Shown: positions 39,056 to 47,400 of the stretch, piece by piece | Position numbering within the stretch: position 1 is the first letter of the stretch | Layout: each line of letters begins with the position of its first letter | Origin: Bacteroidales bacterium | GTDB lineage: Bacteria > Bacteroidota > Bacteroidia > Bacteroidales > GCA-2748055 | Assembly: GCA_040903745.1 (NCBI GenBank) | Contig: JBBDUV010000093.1 | Span: 19,421 to 83,420, forward strand | Length of the DNA stretch: 64,000 nucleotides | Direction of reading: 5' to 3' | Notes under the pieces: generated by a model | Seen by the model: only the letters and a program-made list of their open reading frames with translations | What the model was told of the DNA's origin: nothing | The model's database searches: none | Position numbers and translations under genes: made by a program

Positions 39056-39981
39056 TGCCTTCTAATTTTTTCAATGATTCTGCCTGCACCCTGTTTAATA
39101 AGTTTATCTGCAAGCCTCTCACCAATCTCCATCCCCTGCGTGATCATTCCGGATTCACTGTCAACCAGAAATTCCTTTCCATCGACGGATGCTACAAAAC
39201 CGGTAATGGTAATGGAATCTTTGTGGGTAATAGTGTAGCAACCCACGGGTACCTGGCAACCACCTTCTATTCTTCGCAGAAATGCCCGTTCAATCTCAAC
39301 GATATTTTGAGTCTCTATATGGTTGATCCCCTGTAGATATGCATCAATACGTGAATCGTCCCTTCTGGCTTCAATAGCAATAGCTCCCTGGCCGGGAGCG
39401 GGCATTATTAATTCAGGTTCAATAATTTCTGTAATATAGTGAGCAAGCCCGAGGCGCTGCAAACCAACAGCCGCCATAATCATAGCACCACAATAACCAT
39501 CCTCCATTTTCCTGAGTCGGGTATTCACATTACCCCGGATATCGACAATGCTAAGGTCCTTGTTGATGCACAATAATCCGGCTGTTCGCCGGAGACTTGA
39601 AGTTGCAATGATATCACCGGCAGTGAGTTCGTGAAGTTTCCTTCCATCTTTGCTAACAAGTGCATCACGAAATTCGCCTCGTTTTAGAACTGCTCCCACT
39701 TTTAGTTCACCTGGAAGCGTTGTTAAGAGGTCTTTTAGGCTGTGAACAGCCATATCAATTTCACCTTTAAGCAAAGAATTTTCAATTTCTTCGGTAAACA
39801 GGCCTCTTTCGCCAATTTTTGACAGGGCGACATTCTGGATTTTATCTCCCGTGGTTTTGATAATAGCAATTTCGACTGCGATTCCCTGAAATTTTTTGAG
39901 AAGCTCTTTTTTGGTTAATTCGGCCTGAAACATGGCAAGTTGACTACCCCTTGTACCTATTTTGATTGTATCCCTGGTCAT
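39052..39981 (-). CDS. hemC: Hydroxymethylbilane synthase (porphobilinogen deaminase)
   Basis: 309 aa. IGTRGSQLAMFQA N-terminus and GGCQVPVG (dipyrromethane Cys). Confidence 0.93.
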   Translation of the reverse strand: MTRDTIKIGTRGSQLAMFQAELTKKELLKKFQGIAVEIAIIKTTGDKIQNVALSKIGERGLFTEEIENSLLKGEIDMAVHSLKDLLTTLPGELKVGAVLKRGEFRDALVSKDGRKLHELTAGDIIATSSLRRTAGLLCINKDLSIVDIRGNVNTRLRKMEDGYCGAMIMAAVGLQRLGLAHYITEIIEPELIMPAPGQGAIAIEARRDDSRIDAYLQGINHIETQNIVEIERAFLRRIEGGCQVPVGCYTITHKDSITITGFVASVDGKEFLVDSESGMITQGMEIGERLADKLIKQGAGRIIEKIRRQ

Positions 39982-39984
39982 TCC

Positions 39985-41292
39985 TTATTCATCACCGGTT
40001 TTAAAGAATTCATCGACCAACCTCACAGCATCGGTTTTCTTTCCATTGGCAGTTATTACTTTCAATTTTTTTATAAAAAAGCTGATATATTTTTGGGTAA
40101 GCTGCTCTGAATAATTATGAATAGCCTGCTGTATTTCTTCCGATTCAGATCTGTTATAACCATTGAGCTCCCTTTTTGAAACTTTCAGCATTTTAGAGGT
40201 GATTGTTTTTATTGCTGGCTGTAGTGTCCTGGATGCGACCCAATCAGAAAAGTCATCTTCAATTTGATCAATAATTCTATTCGCAAAAACGATGCTGCTT
40301 TTTCTTTTCTCCATGTTGGTATTTACAATTTCCTGTAAATCATCTATGGTAAAAAGTTGCACCGCGGTTAGATCTTCCACATTTTTTTCGATGTTTCTTG
40401 GAACAGAGATGTCTATAAAAACTTGTTTGGAACTATTTCGTCTTTTTCTGGATTCTTTTACCATTTCCTTGGTCACAAGTGGTACATTCGACCCGGTTGC
40501 AACAATCACGATGTCGTAACAGTGCAGGTTGTTTGATATCTGGTCGAATGGAAGAAGTGTACAATTGTATTTGTCAGAAATATTTCTCGCTTTTCCTTCA
40601 GTACGGTTTGTTATAGTTATCTTAAATTTTTCACTTTTATGCAACGTCTTTACAACCAGATTTCCAGATTCCCCGGCACCAATCAACAGAACCTGGTTAC
40701 CTGATAATTCTTCACTCAAGCCGGTGCATTTCTGTACAGCAACACTGCTTACTGATGTACTCCCCAGTTTTATCCTGGTTTCGGTGCGTACCCGTTTGCC
40801 GGCTTCGAGTGATTTTTGAAACAACCGCATTAAAATTGCATCAGTCAATGCGGCCTCGGCACATAACAGATAAGCTTCTTTTATTTGTCCCACGATTTGA
40901 TCTTCACCTATAATCATTGAGTCGATTCCTGAGGCCACTTTAAATAAATGCTTGACAGCTTTGGAATCTGAATAATTGTAAAAAGCGTTCCAATGCTCAT
41001 CTCTAATCAATTTAAATAGCTTTAATGCATTGTATACTTGTTTTGCAGCGTGAGGAAAATCATATTTACTCTGCGAATAATATACTTCTGTCCTGTTACA
41101 GGTTGATAAAACAATAATATCGGAAATACCGGTTTCTTTCTTCAGTAACTCCGAAAACAGTATGATTTCTTCTTTTGATAGATAAAATAGTTCTCTTACT
41201 TCAAGTGTCGCAGTTTTGTGACTAATCCCGGTAAGTCCTATCATTATATGAAATTTTGTCGAAAAATTCGTTTTAATTATACTATGGAACAA
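39985..41292 (-). CDS. hemA: Glutamyl-tRNA reductase
   Basis: GISHKTATLEVRE and LSTCNRTEVYY (catalytic Cys). The start is more likely Met17 at 41244 (MIGLTGISHK). Confidence 0.9.
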   Translation of the reverse strand: MFHSIIKTNFSTKFHIMIGLTGISHKTATLEVRELFYLSKEEIILFSELLKKETGISDIIVLSTCNRTEVYYSQSKYDFPHAAKQVYNALKLFKLIRDEHWNAFYNYSDSKAVKHLFKVASGIDSMIIGEDQIVGQIKEAYLLCAEAALTDAILMRLFQKSLEAGKRVRTETRIKLGSTSVSSVAVQKCTGLSEELSGNQVLLIGAGESGNLVVKTLHKSEKFKITITNRTEGKARNISDKYNCTLLPFDQISNNLHCYDIVIVATGSNVPLVTKEMVKESRKRRNSSKQVFIDISVPRNIEKNVEDLTAVQLFTIDDLQEIVNTNMEKRKSSIVFANRIIDQIEDDFSDWVASRTLQPAIKTITSKMLKVSKRELNGYNRSESEEIQQAIHNYSEQLTQKYISFFIKKLKVITANGKKTDAVRLVDEFFKTGDE

Positions 41293-41662
41293 TACTAATA
41301 TTGATTAAGTTTTTCAAAATTAAAAAAAACCGTGTATTTAAGTTATGAATAAATAGAAAAACTTGTCGATGCCCTGGCTTAAAGTAAAGGCAACCTTAGC
41401 AGTCTGTCATATAAACAGATTGATTTACAAATCTTTGTACATTTAGATAGTAAATTATCTGGTTCTTCCTCTGGTTAATATTTAGGAGTTTATTATTGTT
41501 TTTAAAATTGAATTCTGTAAAAAAGATATTATTTCAATAGTGCTCCGGTTTCAAAGATATTGAAATATTTATTAGTTTTACTTAAAAGAAACCTGATTAA
41601 CTCCCGAAGCCTGATTTTACAATGCAGAAATTGTTTAACTTACAAAATCTTATAAAATTTTT

Positions 41663-42154
41663 ATGGACTTAAATTCACAACATAATTATTCTCGTATGAA
41701 CCAGACAACAGTTATACTCGGACTGATCCTTGTGGCAACTTCATGTATCAGGGTGAATGAAAATCCTGTTCCGCAATTCAACATGGCACAAATGGCAGCA
41801 AAAGACGGGCTTTTTGTGCATGTTAAAAAGGGAGCGGACAATCCGCATAATGTGTTGATGGCCCTGAGCATGGCCGATAAATTCGCGGCCGACCATCATG
41901 TGCTGATCTATTTTGATATCGACGGGATCGAAATGGTTACTGACGATGCTCCCAATTTGCTGATGGAGCCCTTTGGCTCATCGGATACGCTCTTTGCAAA
42001 GCTCATTGATGCAGGCGTTACCATTTATGCCTGCCCTGGCTGCATGGCGGTACACGGCATAAAGGCCAGTGAGCTCAGGAGCGGTGTTACTACGGCAAAG
42101 AAGGAGAAGTTCTTTGATTTCACCGACGGAAGGATATTGTCGATTGACTATTAG
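41663..42154 (+). CDS. DsrE/COG2044-like (peroxiredoxin-like) lipoprotein
   Basis: DsrE-like alpha/beta pattern VHVKKGADNPHNVLMALSMA...VTIYACPGCM. The start is probably the ATG at 41696, which gives a lipobox (LVATSC). Confidence 0.6.
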   Translation: MDLNSQHNYSRMNQTTVILGLILVATSCIRVNENPVPQFNMAQMAAKDGLFVHVKKGADNPHNVLMALSMADKFAADHHVLIYFDIDGIEMVTDDAPNLLMEPFGSSDTLFAKLIDAGVTIYACPGCMAVHGIKASELRSGVTTAKKEKFFDFTDGRILSIDY

Positions 42155-42184
42155 GTGCATCAGCCGGAATAAAAAGAGAAGATC

Positions 42185-42508
42185 ATGAAAAAACTCGGAG
42201 TATTACTCATCACTGCACTTTTTACATTTGCCTGCAGTAGTGGCAGCAAAACAGAACAGGAAACAACAAAGCAGGAAATCAGTATGGAGAACCTCGTGGA
42301 GGTGACCATCCCAGTGCACGGCATGACCTGTGAAGGGTGTGAGAATGCAGTAAAAAAGAGCATCAGTTCGTTGGAAGGCATTGGAGAGGTTACAGCCTCA
42401 CACACCGATTCCATTGCAACGGTAAAATACGACAAAACAGCAGTTACTAAGGAAGAGATCGAACTAAAAATCGCCGAAGCAGGGTATACCTTTGGAAGTG
42501 GGAATTAG
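42185..42508 (+). CDS. Heavy-metal-associated (HMA) domain lipoprotein, CopZ-like
   Basis: Lipobox FTFACS and the metal-binding motif GMTCEGCENAV. Confidence 0.8.
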   Translation: MKKLGVLLITALFTFACSSGSKTEQETTKQEISMENLVEVTIPVHGMTCEGCENAVKKSISSLEGIGEVTASHTDSIATVKYDKTAVTKEEIELKIAEAGYTFGSGN

Positions 42509-42687
42509 TATCTTTACAGGATAATCAAGGTTTATTCCTTTCAGGCATAAGATCGCTTCGCTCAGTTCTATCAGCGTAAAGCATATGTTTGGCTAAATAA
42601 AAAAACGGCGTCTAATTTGGTTAAGCATTACCCAATATGCAAAATTACTACTGTTTTTTTTGTATTTTTGAATAAAATAATACTGCC

Positions 42688-42906
42688 ATGTTGCTTAATG
42701 AAAGAATAACTTTGGAACCCGGTAAAAGAAGTGGCAAACCCTGTGTAAGGGGAATGCGGATAACCGTGGCTGATATATTAAGTTACCTCGCTTCAGGAAT
42801 GAGTTTTGAAGAAATTCTTGATGACTTCCCTTACTTGGAAAAAGAGGATATACTTGCATGTTTGAGCTATGCTGCAAACAAAGAGAAGATTGAATTTTGT
42901 GCCTGA
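42688..42906 (+). CDS. DUF433-domain protein (antitoxin-like)
   Basis: 72 aa. GKRSGKPCVRGMRITVADIL...EILDDFPYLEKEDILACLSYA matches the DUF433 pattern. Confidence 0.8.
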   Translation: MLLNERITLEPGKRSGKPCVRGMRITVADILSYLASGMSFEEILDDFPYLEKEDILACLSYAANKEKIEFCA

Positions 42907-42944
42907 TGAAACTTCTACTAAAGAAAATCCTCCCGGATGGGTGA
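42906..42944 (+). pseudogene. 12-codon stub of a DUF5615/PIN-like toxin partner
   Basis: A TGATG overlap joins it to DUF433. It reads MKLLLKKILPDG*, resembling the MKLLLDENLP-type N-terminus. It is cut off where the convergent cupin gene ends. Confidence 0.3.
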
Positions 42945-43238
42945 AAAGCTGTCGACCAGCCTCACCTCCGGTATAAGGGTCTGGATGGTGTGTTTCATGC
43001 CGGATGGGATATTGATTGTATCCCCCTCCTTCAACAAATATTCGTTGCCTTCAATGATAAACTTCAGTCGACCCGATGCCACGTAGGTGATCTGCTCATG
43101 CACATGACTGTGGTAAAGGTCCGGCTCCTTCATCGGCCCGCCGGTAAAATCAATCACGGCTACCAACAGGTTGTCCAGGTGGGTGATCCTTCTGAATACT
43201 CCAGGTGCTATCTCTTTAAAATCTTTTTTATCTTTCAT
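42918..43238 (-). CDS. Cupin domain protein
   Basis: 106 aa. Cupin motifs HSHVHEQITYVASG and GDTINIPSGMKHT. Confidence 0.75.
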   Translation of the reverse strand: MKDKKDFKEIAPGVFRRITHLDNLLVAVIDFTGGPMKEPDLYHSHVHEQITYVASGRLKFIIEGNEYLLKEGDTINIPSGMKHTIQTLIPEVRLVDSFSPIREDFL

Positions 43239-43282
43239 TTTCTCTTCTATTTATTCTACTTTTCCGATTTGAAAAAAAATTT

Positions 43283-44264
43283 TTACCTGTGACAATCGAT
43301 TACAAATATAGCGATTATCAGTTCCATAGGCAGATTTTTTTGTAACCGCTTTTTCTGAACATACAATACCGTGCTCTCACTGGCCTCTGCATTTCTGTCG
43401 ACATGACTTCGTACTTCAATATTGTCCCATCCATGGTAAGCAATCAGGGCAACCCTCCTTCCGGGGATCGTGGCGGTCATCCCTGCTATACCCCCCTTTT
43501 CAATCTTTCTAACCTCCGGCTCGACGCCATCAATATGTGGCAACCCGAAATGTCCGAGGGTAAGCTCATACTCAAAAGCGAGCCTCGACCGGTCGATCCT
43601 GATCACCCCACCTGGAAGGGTAATCTCTGCCAGATCGCTTTAACATGAATGCCACCGGGAACGCACCCGAAACCCAGGTCCGGTAGGTGATGCTGCGCGA
43701 CCACATATTAACATAACCGTCGCGGCCGAAAAAGGCGGTGATCGACTCCATCAGCTTCTGTGCCGAACGCTCAATGACCTCTGCGATTTCCGGGTAATGC
43801 TCGTCGCCGAAAGCACGGTTCCATATGGTCATATAAACAATAAAAAGACTGATGGAATAGTAATTGTAGGTTTGCTCCAGGTACCACCCATCGCCTGAAT
43901 GGTAGGAGACCACCCACTGCAGGTGACTTTTCAGCAGCTCATCGTCGATCTCGTACCCTGCTTTTTTCAGGAAAGAGAGGGTCGTTATATTGAAGATCCG
44001 CCAGTTGTTCTGTGTGGTCCTGTGGTGTCCCCATTTTGAGATGGTCACCGCCATCTCATCCTGCTGCTGCTTCGTAAAATGAGGCCAGAGGGTATCCGGC
44101 AAAAGCAGCAATGTTTTGAATAGTCCGCCGAATTCACAGGTAAACTGGTAGGTAGATTCGGGCAAATCTTCAGGTAGCGGCAGTGAGTTGTCATGACCGG
44201 GGGTCAATGCGTTGTAAATATGCAAACAGTAATAGTCACGCAGCTTGATATTCTTGATGGTCAC
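43283..44264 (-). pseudogene. Frameshifted DUF2264-like gene (two overlapping ORFs)
   Basis: The ORFs 43572-44264 and 43283-43606 overlap by 35 nt in different frames, and read-through continuity is plausible. The upstream ORF begins with GTG and lacks a normal N-terminus. The family call is from memory (NNWRIF, GRDGY...SRSITYR). Confidence 0.45.
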
Positions 44265-44425
44265 ATCCGGATCGAGATGGATCAGGATGATTGACTTCGA
44301 ATGATGATTTCATTATTACTATTGATTTTTACAATAATACCCATTAACAAACACAAATACGAATAACAAGCATGGTTTAAAGGACTTTGAAAAACTCAGT
44401 TTCATCCCCTGGAGATGAATTTCAC

Positions 44426-47400
44426 TCATATTCTTCCAAAAGTCCTGACCATTTTTCTGATCTTTTTTTCAATTTTTTTGCCTGGATGGTCTTCCTTCAA
44501 TTTCCACAGCCAGTTACCTTCGGTTGTGGAAGGGAAATTCATTCTACTTCTTTCATCCAGTCCAAGCCAGTCCTGCATGGGGATTATTGTGATTCTTGCA
44601 ACAGAGGAGTAGGCCAGGCGGATCATCTCTGTATGACAGTTTTTCTCTTTCAGCTGTTTGCCGGTGTACTGTTTAATGCGTTTAAGCGTCGCCTTATCTG
44701 CTTCTTTCTTAAACCAGCCCTTTATTGTATTGTTATCATGGGTACCCGTATAGGCAATGCTGTTCAAAGAGAAATTCAATGGTGTATGCTGCAGGTAGGG
44801 CATATTCTCTTCAAAACCGAATTGCAAAACCCGCATGCCGGGGAGATTATATTGGTCCCTGAGATCATAGACATCCTGATCGATCTGACCCAGGTCTTCG
44901 GCCACAAACGGCATTTCGGGAAATTCCTTCCTGACCATATCAAAAAGATCGTTTGCCGGCCCCTTTATCCATCTTCCATTGGAAGCCACCTCCGAATCTG
45001 ACGGCACCTCCCAGTAAGCTGAAAAACCCCGAAAATGATCCAGCCTGAGCAGATCAAACCATTCAAGATTTTTATGGATCCGGTTCAGCCACCACCTGTA
45101 ACCATCGGCTTTCATTGCATCCCAGTTGAAAAGAGGCATTCCCCACAACTGCCCGTTTTCGTTGAAATAGTCGGGGGGTACTCCGGCCACAGCCTCCATT
45201 GATTTGTCACTATTCAGGCGGAACATTTCAGGATGGGACCATACATCCGCACTGTCGTAGTCTATGTAAATAGGTATATCCCCAAAAATCCGGATGCCCT
45301 TAACATTTGCATATTCCCGGAGATTATTCCATTGCTCTGAAAAAATATATTGTTTGAATATGATCTTATCTATTTCATCTTTGTGCTCCCTGGTAAAGGT
45401 TTCAAGTGCAGCAGGATCCCTGTCACGATATTTTTCGGGCCATTCATTCCAGGGTAAATAACCAACATCTCTCTTTATGGCCAGGAAGAGCGCAAAATCG
45501 GAGAGCCAATACCGCTCTTTCTCCTCGAATTTTTTGATCTCTTTTCTTAAGGTTGAAACATCAGACTTTTTATAATTTAAACAGGCCTTTTCAAGAAAGT
45601 AATCTTTTGCTTTTTCAGCCCAGGGGTAATTGACCTTATCCTCACCTTCCTTGACAAACTCCTTCAATTCTAATGCCGCCAACAATCCCATTTCATGGAG
45701 CTGAATGGGATCTGTGAAAAGGGTATTTCCTGCAAAGGCAGAATATGAACTGTAAGGTGAATAGGCTGTTAAACGATCGGCTTGACTTAATGGTAGCATT
45801 TGCCAGTAATGCTGACCAGTACGGTGCAAAAAGTCAATGAATTGAATGGCCTCCGGACCAAAATCTCCTATTCCATAATTCCCCGGCAGTGATGAAACAT
45901 GCAGCAGGATGCCTGACTTTCTCCCCGGTGCAGGGTCAATTCCCCTCAATATACCGAATGGTATTTTGGCAAATATATCTTTGACATAAACTTTATTGCT
46001 GGTTTGAAGAACCTCTTTTGTGAAACGGTTTTCCCACCTGGGAGGGGAAATGTCGGGAAGTATTACCCTGGTTTCTTTCCAGTCATAATCTTCAGGCAAA
46101 GCCGCAGTGTTCAAAGGTAGTATAATAAGAAGGTATTCATCCCTGTACCGGCGCATGAATGAGATAATATGTTCCTTAAACGCTCCTTTTACCTGTAATG
46201 CCTGATAACTTCCCTTAAGAAAGAGATCCGGGTTGTCTGCTCTTTCCTGTAATGTCAGATAAGATACCCATTGTTTTACAGACCCGTTCGCAGTGTTATG
46301 CCATAACCTGTCTGTGAGTGCTGCAGCATCCCGGGAATAATCGGCGATCAACATTTCCAGCGTCTCTGCAAGGTTTTTATAATCAACCGGCCGCCTGTTG
46401 TCGGGATCCACAAAACTCATATTCCAGGTCTCACTACCCTGGAAGGTATCGGGTACCCCGGGTACCGTATTCCGGAGGATGATCTGCGTAAGAGAATTGA
46501 TTACTCCATGTGGGATGATCTCCTTTACAAAAGTTTGATAGCTTTCTAAAAATTCATTTTCCGGCGACAGGATCCTTCGGGTAAATTCCAGCGTTTTATT
46601 TTCATATTCAGTATCCGGCTCGCTCCATGAAGAGTTAACCTTCGCTTCCCGAAAGGCCTTTACCAGGTACTCCTCCAGCCTGGGGTTGAAATCATTGTCG
46701 ATTTTACCATCCATTGGGAGATGGGCGCAAAGCGTCTGATAAATAAAATATTCATCGTTGGATGAAGGGACAGGTTGTGACCCGAAACCCGGTTTCAGCG
46801 CTGCGTTTATGCTTTCCCAGCGCTTCGTCATTTTTCTCCATCGGGCAGGGATATCGCTCAAAACATTCATCCTGGCACGTGCATCTTCTCCTCTTTTTGT
46901 ATCATGGGTGGCTGTTGTATTCAGTGCCAGCGGAGACTTTTGCCAGCGTTCCTCCATCAATGTATGAAACTCGGTGGTGGTCATCCCAAAATACTCCGGA
47001 TTGTCACCAACTTCATTGTGGGCCATGAATGGGTTATATGAATAGAAGGCCGTATCCTCAACACCTTTGGCCATAAGCGGTCCTGTAAACTGCATGCAGC
47101 GTCGGAAAAAGTCATCCACCTGTGTGATAATCTCCTGCTCTTCTGTTCCTGATAAAAGGAAAAGTGCTTTTAAACCCTTCAATGCTTTCTTATTGTTCTT
47201 GTTGTTTTTAATGGTGCTATTAAAAATTGCTTTCACCTGCGTTTTATCTTCTTCTGTAAACCCGGAAGGGATCGTATATAGCCTGTAAACCGGGCAATAG
47301 ATCAAAAATTCGGCAATGGCTTTTTTCAGATTACTGCTTTTAATCTGCTGGATGGCGGGTGAATTGATCTGCTTGCACTGATAAACCAGGATATCCAGCT

